From NCBI GenBank assembly GCA_046074525.1, contig JBJTOK010000052.1, positions 15,760-79,759 on the forward strand: 64,000 nucleotides of DNA. Reading direction: 5' to 3'. Numbering within the stretch: position 1 is the first letter of the stretch; each line of letters begins with the position of its first letter. A program made the position numbers and the translations under genes. Source of the stretch: Flavobacteriales bacterium (GTDB taxonomy: Bacteria > Bacteroidota > Bacteroidia > Flavobacteriales_C > GCA-002722245). Shown here piece by piece: positions 39,126 to 47,297 of the stretch. The notes below the pieces were generated by a model. That model did not search any database. It was not told the origin of the DNA and worked only from the letters and a program-made list of their open reading frames with translations.

Positions 39126-39699
39126 TAAAAACAACATATTGGGCTTAGTGTTATGCGGGGGGCAAAGCACGCGTATGGGCAGAGATAAGGGGATGATTAA
39201 AAAAGGCAACTTAACCTGGGGTGAAATTGCACGTGAAAAATTATTGACATTAAATATCCCGGTGATAGTTTCTGTAAATGAAGAGCAGGTTGATGAATAT
39301 GAAAAAGTTTTTTCACCTTCTGATTTGCTTGTTGATGCCGAGTTTGAAATTGGCGGACCATTGTTGGGTTTGCTCACTATTCATCAGAAATTTCCACACA
39401 AGGATATTCTAGTGCTGGCTTGTGATATTGTAGAAATGAATACTGAAGTATTACAATATCTTGTGGCTCATTATTCAGCACCGGCCACAGTTTTTAAAAA
39501 TGGCTTTTTTGCTGAACCACTTTGCGGTATTTATTCAGCGGAAGCATTGGCTAAGGTTTTAAAAGATTTTCAAAATCATGAATTGAAAGGGCACAGCATG
39601 ATGAATGTTTTGAAGCTTATATCAGCCAATACTATTGAAATCAAGGAAGACTGGCGACAGTTTTTCAATAACATAAACACACCAGTTCAAATTATTTAA
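39118..39699 (+). CDS. mobA: molybdenum cofactor guanylyltransferase
   Basis: LVLCGGQSTRMGRDKG motif. Confidence 0.8.
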   Translation: MISKNNILGLVLCGGQSTRMGRDKGMIKKGNLTWGEIAREKLLTLNIPVIVSVNEEQVDEYEKVFSPSDLLVDAEFEIGGPLLGLLTIHQKFPHKDILVLACDIVEMNTEVLQYLVAHYSAPATVFKNGFFAEPLCGIYSAEALAKVLKDFQNHELKGHSMMNVLKLISANTIEIKEDWRQFFNNINTPVQII

Positions 39700-39710
39700 A
39701 TTGTAAAAAG

Positions 39711-40415
39711 ATGAAAAAAGAAGAAGTTGGAGATTGTATTTCGTGTAAGAACTTGAATTGTTTCATTAAAATGCATTACAATCCGCAAGAGTTAGAGGCT
39801 GTGGTAGCTAATCGCTTTGTGATTGAGTGCAAGAAATCACAATCGTTTATCATAGAAAGAGCGCCGGTACAAGGAATTTACTTTATTTATTCAGGAGCGG
39901 TGAAAGTAACGAAGTCGGGATACAACGGCAAAGAACAAATTGTGCGTTTAACCGGTGATGGAGATGTTATCGGTCTTCGTGGATACAATCGCCGCAAGGT
40001 TTATCCTATCGCATGTACAGCGTTGGAGCCAACTACGTTGTGTTATTTCTCCAATAAATTTTTCACTCAGGAATTACAAACAAATAACAAGCTGTCGTAC
40101 GAAATGATGTTGCTTTATGCGGAGGAACTCGACAAGACAGAAGAGCGCGTGAAGAAATTTGCGCAAATGACGGTTCGGGAGAAAGTGGTGGATTCTCTGT
40201 TGTTGATGTATGATCGTTTCGGTCAGGATGAGGATGGGATAAAACTTGTTTTATCTCGAACAGATATAGCGAATCTTGCTGGTACCAATAGTGAACAGGT
40301 GATTCGTGTACTCATGACTTTGAAAAATGAAGGAGTGATCAATTGTGAAGGCAAGCATATTTTTCTGGTTAAAGCTGATGCGTTGAGGAAAGAGATACAG
40401 GAGTACAATTATTGA
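39711..40415 (+). CDS. Crp/Fnr-family regulator with N-terminal CX2CX4C motif (FNR-like), paralog 1
   Basis: cNMP-like beta-roll and a C-terminal HTH (SRTDIANLAGTNSEQVIRVLMTLKNEG). Cys9, Cys12, Cys17 and Cys111 are conserved with the paralog at 45864. Confidence 0.8.
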   Translation: MKKEEVGDCISCKNLNCFIKMHYNPQELEAVVANRFVIECKKSQSFIIERAPVQGIYFIYSGAVKVTKSGYNGKEQIVRLTGDGDVIGLRGYNRRKVYPIACTALEPTTLCYFSNKFFTQELQTNNKLSYEMMLLYAEELDKTEERVKKFAQMTVREKVVDSLLLMYDRFGQDEDGIKLVLSRTDIANLAGTNSEQVIRVLMTLKNEGVINCEGKHIFLVKADALRKEIQEYNY

Positions 40416-40417
40416 TG

Positions 40418-40545
40418 TCCTTACTTTTTCCTTGATGAAGAAGTAACAAAAAATTAATAGCCAGGATATGCTTCCCCGCATGTCGAGAAATTTTTTATCC
40501 GTCAGCGACGGGAAAATTTCGCTCCCACCGCTACTGGCAAGTATT
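40418..40545 (+). repeat. dispersed repeat family, copy B
   Basis: ttactttttccttgatgaagaagtaacaaaaaattaatagccaggatatgcttcc aligns to 22069-22127. Similarity weakens further 3'. Confidence 0.7.
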
Positions 40546-40689
40546 CTGGCTCGGCTCTCCGCAAGAAGTTAGCGACAAAATAGTTTGGTTATGTATATCC
40601 AAGTTAGGACCTGTAGCCCTTATGAATTTGTACCGCTTTTCTGAGCATAGGCGTTGCCTGCAATCAACAAAAAATCAATAACTCTAGAT

Positions 40690-41223
40690 TTATTTCACTT
40701 CCTTGTGAAATTTATGCACCATGCTTATAGCCAAGCCACTTGTGCTGAATCCTGCATTAGAAATAATCATTCCTCCAAGATAAGTGAGACTAAAGGATGG
40801 AACAGCTTCAATATTTAAATAAAATTTTGGGGAGAAATCGTATTGGAAACCCAATACATAGCCTAGTCCTGCTGATGCCATTAAGATTCCATCGTTATTG
40901 TATGTATACCCCAATGCAAAGGTAGGTTCGAAGCCATGAATAAATTTTAAATTGTCACTCATTGCTTTTCTATGTTCGTTACCAAAAGAAAATGAAGCAT
41001 TATTGACAATGGTGGTGCCTGATTCCGCAGATGCTGTTATGAAGTTAAAAGTGCCCAGGGTATATCTTCTGTACTTGTTTTCGGTGAGTCCTTTCTTATA
41101 AACAAAACCATAGTTGTTTAGGGATGTAAAGCGGAGACCGAGTTCCCTGTTGTTTGTTTGAGCTTTTAAAGTTGATGAGATTAATATTAATAGAATAGCC
41201 GGAAAAAGGATTGTAAATTTCAT
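40690..41223 (-). CDS. hypothetical outer-membrane beta-barrel-like protein
   Basis: Signal peptide MKFTILFPAILLILISSTLKAQ and an alternating aromatic/Gly-rich strand pattern. Start chosen at the second Met. Confidence 0.55.
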   Translation of the reverse strand: MKFTILFPAILLILISSTLKAQTNNRELGLRFTSLNNYGFVYKKGLTENKYRRYTLGTFNFITASAESGTTIVNNASFSFGNEHRKAMSDNLKFIHGFEPTFALGYTYNNDGILMASAGLGYVLGFQYDFSPKFYLNIEAVPSFSLTYLGGMIISNAGFSTSGLAISMVHKFHKEVK

Positions 41224-41386
41224 AGAGTCAGGATTGTAATTATTTGCAATAGTATACATTTTACTGAAGTCATAAAAGAAAAGTCTGCTTTTCAGCAGAT
41301 TTTTTCATTTCGTTTCACTTCTTTCTTCTTGAGAATAAACATCGGTAGCTCTGCAGGCTGTCATTGAATACACTGGGCTTCCCGCT

Positions 41387-41394
41387 TAATTTTG
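41387..41394 (+). promoter_or_regulatory. candidate -7 box TAATTTTG for porin-nrt operon
   Basis: Matches TAnnTTTG. A TTG lies 20 nt upstream (41364-41366), inside a TTGAATACA motif. Confidence 0.35.
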
Positions 41395-41445
41395 TTTTCA
41401 TGATTTAACATTATTAATACCTAGTAGAAACTAAAACTGAAGAAC

Positions 41446-42819
41446 ATGAAAAAGAAAAAGAGGCTATTGATTTTTGCAACAGCATGTCTGGGATTACTAT
41501 CCGCCGTGCCAATGAAAGCGCAGCTCACCGCAACTGCGCAGGTTCGTAACCGATCGGAATTACGCAGCGGACAAGGTGCACCTGTGGCGAAGACAGTAAC
41601 GCCACAAGTGTTTATTTCGCAGCGGACGCGCTTGTCGGTAGGTTACACAGGCTACCGTTTCAAAACAGGTATCTCTTTGCAGGATGTAAGAGTATGGGGG
41701 CAAGATTCTTCATCTATCAATAGAACAACCAGTGGAATACTGAACGGCGTATTGGTGAATGAAGCGTGGATGGAAGTGATGTTGAACGATACAGCGCCAA
41801 AAAGTAAAATCCAGAATTTATCTCTTAAAATAGGTCGACAAGAAATTTCATATGACGACCAGAAACTTTTGGGGGGATTGGATTGGTTGCAACAGGGAAG
41901 AAGACATGATGCGATTATCCTGAAGTTTGCCAACAACGGATGGACGGCCGATCTGGGAGCTGCTTACAATCAAAACAGGGAAGCTGCTTTTGATGTTCCG
42001 TACAGTGCTACGCCTACTTCTTACGCCGCAGGCACCAACGCAATCGGATCCATGTACAAATCGATGCAGTACTTATATGTAGGTAAGAAGTTGTTTTTCG
42101 GGAATGCATCTTTTCTTTGCTTTAAGGACGATTTCAGTAAATACACCAAAACAGGTACGTCTACCACTTATGGTACGGGTGTGTGGAGTAGGCTCACTAC
42201 AGGATTGTATCTGGATGCAACCATCAAAAGAAAATTCAATGTTGTTGCAAGTTACTACCATCAGAGTGGGAAAGATAAAACGGGAATGGATATGAACGCC
42301 AACCTCGCATCCATCACAACAACCATGCAGTTTGGAAGAAAATTTTTCGCCGGTCCTGGAGTAGATTATTTATCGGGTGATGACGGAACCGTTGCTGCGC
42401 CAACCACCAACCAACGCTTTGATCCACTTTACGGAACACCTCATAAATTCTGGGGTTATATGGACTACTTCTATGTAGCAAGTGGTTTCGGGAAACAAGG
42501 TTTGCTCAATATGTTTTTCAAGATGAAATACAATGCTAAAGACAACCTGACTTTCTTTGTTGATGCTCACGGTTTCCAGGCTGCGAATAAAATTTCTGAT
42601 GGAAAAGGCGGAGTACGTAATCCTTACCTTGGTACAGAGATCGACTTGATGGTAAGATACAATCTCACTAAGATCATCAATTTTGAAGCTGGATATTCAG
42701 CAATGTTCTACACTTCAACAATGACTTCTCCGCAGGTGAAATCTGTTGCTTCTCCAATGCCAATGGCACACTGGGCTTATCTGCAGGTGAATATTAAACC
42801 TAGTCTTCTCGCAAAATAA
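41446..42819 (+). CDS. outer-membrane porin (alginate-export-like family) of the nitrate uptake locus
   Basis: Signal peptide and a long beta-barrel-type sequence ending in an aromatic-rich C-terminus. Lies immediately upstream of nrtA. Confidence 0.6.
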   Translation: MKKKKRLLIFATACLGLLSAVPMKAQLTATAQVRNRSELRSGQGAPVAKTVTPQVFISQRTRLSVGYTGYRFKTGISLQDVRVWGQDSSSINRTTSGILNGVLVNEAWMEVMLNDTAPKSKIQNLSLKIGRQEISYDDQKLLGGLDWLQQGRRHDAIILKFANNGWTADLGAAYNQNREAAFDVPYSATPTSYAAGTNAIGSMYKSMQYLYVGKKLFFGNASFLCFKDDFSKYTKTGTSTTYGTGVWSRLTTGLYLDATIKRKFNVVASYYHQSGKDKTGMDMNANLASITTTMQFGRKFFAGPGVDYLSGDDGTVAAPTTNQRFDPLYGTPHKFWGYMDYFYVASGFGKQGLLNMFFKMKYNAKDNLTFFVDAHGFQAANKISDGKGGVRNPYLGTEIDLMVRYNLTKIINFEAGYSAMFYTSTMTSPQVKSVASPMPMAHWAYLQVNIKPSLLAK

Positions 42820-42844
42820 TTCTTAAAAATTAAATTATCTACTT

Positions 42845-44074
42845 ATGAAAAAAATCAACTCAACAAAAACGTTGCTTCTCACTTCTTGTGTGATGGCACT
42901 GTTGATAGTCTTCTGTTCGGGCTTCAAGCCCTTTGCAAAAGAGCCAGTCAAATTAGGATTTATTCCATTAACAGATTGTTCACCCATTGTAATGGCGAAA
43001 GAGCTTGGGCTCTTTGCCAAGTATGGAGTGGAAGTAGTGGTGACCAAAGAGGCTTCATGGGCCAATGTTCGCGACAAAATTCTTACAGGTGAATTGGATG
43101 GCGCGCACTGTCTTTATTCCATGCCATTTTCAGTGTATACAGGCGTTGGAGGAAAAGCAGGATCGGAAATGAAAGTGGCGATGATGCTCAATGTAAACGG
43201 TCAGGCGATTACTCTTTCTAACGACTTCTGCGGAAAAGTAGGCTTCAAGCAAATGGCAAAAGTGGCGCCAGTTGTTGCAGCAAAACTCAAGGCGGAAAAG
43301 GAAGTGACTTTCGCAATGACTTTTCCTGGAGGAACCCACGATTTGTGGTTGCGTAACTGGCTGGCGATGGCTGGCGTGAACCAGAAATCGGTGAAAATCA
43401 TCACTATCCCACCTCCGCAAATGGTGGCCAACATGAAAGTTGGAAACATGGATGGCTATTGTGTTGGTGAACCATGGGGCGGTGTAGCTGTGAAACAAGG
43501 TATTGGCTTTACACAAATTGCTACACAGGATATCTGGAGAGATCACCCTGAAAAAGCACTCGTGGTAAACAAAGATTTCTCCTCAACGAGAAAAGACGAT
43601 TTGAAAAAAGTGATGATGGCGATTATGGAAGCTTGTCAGTGGTTAGATAACCCTGCTAACCGTAAGAAAGCTGCTGGTATCATTGGTAAAGCACCTTATG
43701 TAAATGCTCCGGCTGATGTTATTGAAAATAGGTTGATGGGTAATTATGATCTCGGTTGCAGTCAGGGTTTACAGGTGTATTCAAATAAAGAATATATGTC
43801 CTTCCATAAAGGCGGATCTGTAAATTATCCACGTAAATCATATGCAATCTGGGCCATGGCGCAGTATGTAAGATTTGGTTATTTAACTGCCGAACCCGAT
43901 TACAAGGCCATTGCCGACAAGCTGGTGTTGCAGGATTTATACAAGGAAGTGGCTGCGGCAATGAAAGTGAAAGTGCCTGAAGATGACATGAAGCCTTTCT
44001 CTCTGACTATTGATCCGAAAACAATTTTCGATCCGACAAAACCGGGTGAATACCTCAAAGTGGCGAAGAAATAA
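42845..44074 (+). CDS. nrtA: nitrate/nitrite ABC transporter substrate-binding protein (NrtA/CmpA family)
   Basis: LGFIPLTDCSPIVMAKELGLFAKYGVEV and WLRNWLA motifs typical of NrtA. Confidence 0.85.
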   Translation: MKKINSTKTLLLTSCVMALLIVFCSGFKPFAKEPVKLGFIPLTDCSPIVMAKELGLFAKYGVEVVVTKEASWANVRDKILTGELDGAHCLYSMPFSVYTGVGGKAGSEMKVAMMLNVNGQAITLSNDFCGKVGFKQMAKVAPVVAAKLKAEKEVTFAMTFPGGTHDLWLRNWLAMAGVNQKSVKIITIPPPQMVANMKVGNMDGYCVGEPWGGVAVKQGIGFTQIATQDIWRDHPEKALVVNKDFSSTRKDDLKKVMMAIMEACQWLDNPANRKKAAGIIGKAPYVNAPADVIENRLMGNYDLGCSQGLQVYSNKEYMSFHKGGSVNYPRKSYAIWAMAQYVRFGYLTAEPDYKAIADKLVLQDLYKEVAAAMKVKVPEDDMKPFSLTIDPKTIFDPTKPGEYLKVAKK

Positions 44075-44150
44075 AAAATGAAAATACCTGCGGTGTTGAA
44101 TGAAGGAGAATGCCGCAGGTTTTTTTTTAATAAACTTAAACTGTAAAAAG

Positions 44151-45032
44151 ATGACGACAGCAGAATTAGTAGAAGAACCGAAAGTGGAGGTTAAAGAAAT
44201 AAAAGAAAAAAAAGTGAGCATGGAACCAAACAATAGTAAGAGAAAGGCATTTTTTTCAAAAGTGCTGGAGAAAGCAAAATCATTTTTGCTAGCCGTTGTA
44301 GGGATAGTTTTATTCGGCTGCCTTTGGAGTGCAATAAGTGCGTACACAGAAGACCAGTTACCTGGTCCTGAAGCAACACTCACAGTATTGTGGGAAATGC
44401 TGAGCGACCCGTTTTACGATTACGGTCCGAACGATAAAGGAATAGGCTTGCAGCTTTTTGCTTCCATCGGAAGAGTATTGTTGGGCTTCTTAATCGGATC
44501 ATTGTTTGCCATTCCTGTGGGTATCCTGATGGGGGCAAGCAAAATTTACAAGCAAATTTTTTACCCTGTGGTTCAGTTGCTGAAACCAGTGTCACCATTG
44601 GCATGGTTTCCTATCGGACTCACAGTTTTTGAAGATACAGCAATGGCGACCATCTTTATTATTTTCATTACATCATTGTGGTCAACATTGATCAATACAG
44701 CCTTTGGAGTGAGTTCGATTCCACAGGATCATAAAAATGTGGCGAAGGCTTACGGCTTTTCAAAATGGCGTTACCTCACCAAAATCGTGTTGCCTTATAC
44801 CTTGCCGCACATCATTACTGGTTTGAGATTAAGTATCGGTGTAGCTTGGTTGGTGATTGTTGCCGGCGAAATGCTTTCAGGTGGATCCGGTATCGGTTTC
44901 TTCGTGTGGGACAGCTGGAATGCGTTGAGTCTGGAAAGAGTTATCTCTGCCATTATCATAATCGGTATAATCGGATTGCTCTTCGATAAATTATTTACCC
45001 TGCTTGAAAATTTAGTGGCTTACAAAGCCTAA
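44151..45032 (+). CDS. nrtB: nitrate ABC transporter permease
   Basis: Six-helix ABC permease with an EAA-like loop. Start set at MTTAELV; the alternative start is 44100. Confidence 0.8.
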   Translation: MTTAELVEEPKVEVKEIKEKKVSMEPNNSKRKAFFSKVLEKAKSFLLAVVGIVLFGCLWSAISAYTEDQLPGPEATLTVLWEMLSDPFYDYGPNDKGIGLQLFASIGRVLLGFLIGSLFAIPVGILMGASKIYKQIFYPVVQLLKPVSPLAWFPIGLTVFEDTAMATIFIIFITSLWSTLINTAFGVSSIPQDHKNVAKAYGFSKWRYLTKIVLPYTLPHIITGLRLSIGVAWLVIVAGEMLSGGSGIGFFVWDSWNALSLERVISAIIIIGIIGLLFDKLFTLLENLVAYKA

Positions 45033-45051
45033 ACATATAAAAGATATTATT

Positions 45052-45858
45052 ATGAGTTATTTGGAAATAAAGGACGTTGAGATTTCTTTTCCAACGCCAA
45101 AAGGAAAATATACTGCGGTACGCGACATAAACCTGTCGATTGAAAAAGGAGAAATCATTTCCATCATCGGCCACTCGGGATGTGGTAAATCAACCATCAT
45201 GAATGCTGTTGCGGGGATGAATACACCGACTGCAGGAAGCGTTGAGTTGTTGGGTAAAACCATTAAAGGACCTGGTCCTGATCGTGGTATTGTTTTCCAG
45301 AATTACTCTCTGCTGCCATGGCTTACTGTTTACCAGAATATTTATCAGGCTGTGGATTCGGTGATGAAGATTTCAAAAAAGGAAAAGCAGGAAATCGTTC
45401 TGAAGAACCTGGAGATGGTGAATTTGCTTCAGCACAAAGATAAATTGCCAGGACAGCTTTCCGGTGGTATGAAACAAAGGGTGGCCATTGCCCGTGCCTT
45501 TGCTATCAATCCCGGGGTGTTGTTGCTGGATGAGCCTTTTGGTGCACTTGATGCGCTGACCAAGGGCACGATGCAACTTGAGTTATTGAAACTTTGGAAC
45601 CTGAGTGGTCGCGATAAAACCATCATCATGATTACCCACGATATTGAAGAGGCGATCTTCCTTTCCGACAGAATTGTGGTGATGAACGACGGTCCGGCTT
45701 CTACCATCAGGGAAATTGAAACTGTTCATCTGGCCCGTCCGCGCAATAAAATTGAAATTGTGAAGACAGAAGAATACATTGAGTTACGTGATAGATTACT
45801 GCATTTGCTCACCGATAAGTTTTCAATTGAAGACATGGGCATTACCTATAAAAAGTAA
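45052..45858 (+). CDS. nrtD: nitrate ABC transporter ATP-binding protein (NrtD-type, no NrtC regulatory extension)
   Basis: Walker A GHSGCGKST, signature LSGGMKQR, Walker B LLLDEP. Confidence 0.85.
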   Translation: MSYLEIKDVEISFPTPKGKYTAVRDINLSIEKGEIISIIGHSGCGKSTIMNAVAGMNTPTAGSVELLGKTIKGPGPDRGIVFQNYSLLPWLTVYQNIYQAVDSVMKISKKEKQEIVLKNLEMVNLLQHKDKLPGQLSGGMKQRVAIARAFAINPGVLLLDEPFGALDALTKGTMQLELLKLWNLSGRDKTIIMITHDIEEAIFLSDRIVVMNDGPASTIREIETVHLARPRNKIEIVKTEEYIELRDRLLHLLTDKFSIEDMGITYKK

Positions 45859-45863
45859 AAACT

Positions 45864-46559
45864 ATGTCAAAGGGGGATTGTTTTACATGTCAGAATTTTT
45901 CTTGCCTTATGAAGAAAAATTACGATCAAGATTCTTATGCTAATGTAGTGAAGAATCGCTATGTGATAGAGTGTAAGAAGTCGCAATCCTTCATTATTGA
46001 AGGGGCGCCGGTACAAGGGATTTTCTTTGTTTATTCGGGAAAGGCCAAAGTAACACGAACAGGTGCCAATGGCAAGGAGCAGGTGATCCGCCTCGCCAGC
46101 AATGGTGATATCATTGGTCACCGAGGTTACAATCGTGGTACCGTGTATCCTATTGCTGCTACAGCCTTGGAAGATACAACGCTATGCTATTTCCATCAGA
46201 AATATTTCACGCATGAAATGCAAACGCATAATGCACTCACTTACGATTTGATGCTTTTTTATGCGGATGAGTTGGATAAGAGTGAGGCGCGCGCCAAGAA
46301 ATACGCTCAGATGAACGTTAAGGAAAAAGTAATTGATACTTTATTGGCTATCCACGATCGTTTTGGACAAGATACGAAGGGTCTGCGTTTTGTCTTGTCG
46401 CGCACCGAACTCGCCAACGTTGCAGGTACTAAAAGCGAACAGTTGATCCGTTCGCTCACGGCGCTCAAAAATGAAGGCTTCATTGAATGTGAGGGAAAGC
46501 ATATCCGCATCAAAGATGCAGAAACACTGCGTAAGGAGATTGAAAGATATAATTTCTGA
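45864..46559 (+). CDS. Crp/Fnr-family regulator with N-terminal CX2CX4C motif (FNR-like), paralog 2
   Basis: Roughly two-thirds identical by eye to the 39711 product. Carries the same Cys pattern (GDCFTCQNFSC ... TTLCYF). Confidence 0.8.
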   Translation: MSKGDCFTCQNFSCLMKKNYDQDSYANVVKNRYVIECKKSQSFIIEGAPVQGIFFVYSGKAKVTRTGANGKEQVIRLASNGDIIGHRGYNRGTVYPIAATALEDTTLCYFHQKYFTHEMQTHNALTYDLMLFYADELDKSEARAKKYAQMNVKEKVIDTLLAIHDRFGQDTKGLRFVLSRTELANVAGTKSEQLIRSLTALKNEGFIECEGKHIRIKDAETLRKEIERYNF

Positions 46560-46562
46560 GAT

Positions 46563-47111
46563 ATGGAGCTGAAAAACATTACTTATTTCGTTGGACAGGA
46601 TAGTGGTTCCTGGGCTGTACAATCGATGCGTGCCGTTGCTGGAAAAGGCTTGCCACTTAGCCAGTCGCTTGCTATAGTGAAGGATGTGCCTTCAGTAGAA
46701 AATAACAAGTGGTTGCTGCGTGGCTTTACTTCAAACCTTAGATACACGACGCGCCCGGAAAAAGTAGTGCTTGATCAGCAGCCTTCCATACTGGGAAAAC
46801 CAGAAAATTCATTGGCGGCTTTCATTCCCATTAAAAAATCGGAAGCATGGTGGTTGCTCACCCAGGATGAAAGAAGAAAGATCATGGCGGAGGATTCTCT
46901 GCATATTGAGATTGGAGCGAAGTATCTTTCGGCAGTATCCCGTCAGCTTTTCCACTGCAGGGATATAGGCGAGGAATTTGATTTTTTAACCTGGTTTGAA
47001 TTTTCCGCATACAACAAAGAAAAGTTTGATGAATTGCTTTATCTGCTGAGGAAGACAGAAGAATGGAAATATGTGGAAAGGGAAGTGGAGGTGAGGTTGA
47101 AGAGAGTTTAA
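46563..47111 (+). CDS. cld: short (clade-2, dimeric-type) chlorite dismutase
   Basis: 182 aa. Contains IPIKKSEAWWLLTQDERRKIM, SLHIEIGAKYLSAVSRQLFHCRDIGEEFDFLTWFEF and EEWKYVEREVEVRLKRV. His114 and Arg127 sit where I recall the heme ligand and distal Arg of Nitrobacter-type Cld. Confidence 0.75.
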   Translation: MELKNITYFVGQDSGSWAVQSMRAVAGKGLPLSQSLAIVKDVPSVENNKWLLRGFTSNLRYTTRPEKVVLDQQPSILGKPENSLAAFIPIKKSEAWWLLTQDERRKIMAEDSLHIEIGAKYLSAVSRQLFHCRDIGEEFDFLTWFEFSAYNKEKFDELLYLLRKTEEWKYVEREVEVRLKRV

Positions 47112-47154
47112 ATATAATGTGGTTTCCGGCTCACGCTTATTAAGCGTCTTAAAA

Positions 47155-47180
47155 TGCTGCCATTTGGCAGTATTTTTTTT
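47155..47180 (+). terminator. weak hairpin plus T8 after cld
   Basis: ctgcc attt ggcag followed by tatttttttt. Confidence 0.45.
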
Positions 47181-47297
47181 GTATTTACACCTGAAATTAT
47201 TTGTAAAGAAACAGTTTGATCATTGTAGAATGACATTTTAATCGTTGTATTTCCCCAGTAGGTTTGCTGTATCAAAATTGAATACAAACAAAAACGA

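Noticed and set aside
41284-41305. Hairpin tctgct tttc agcaga followed by T6 between the divergent OM-protein and porin genes, as a terminator
   Set aside because: It lies in a divergent promoter region with no upstream plus-strand gene to terminate. The stem is short, so it may be fortuitous or regulatory and is not called.
26843-47297. Canonical FNR (TTGAT-N4-ATCAA), CRP (TGTGA-N6-TCACA) or NtcA (GTA-N8-TAC) boxes in the island promoters
   Set aside because: Only isolated half-sites were seen, for example TTGAT at 26915-26919 and ATCAA near 47271. No properly spaced palindrome was found, so no site is called.
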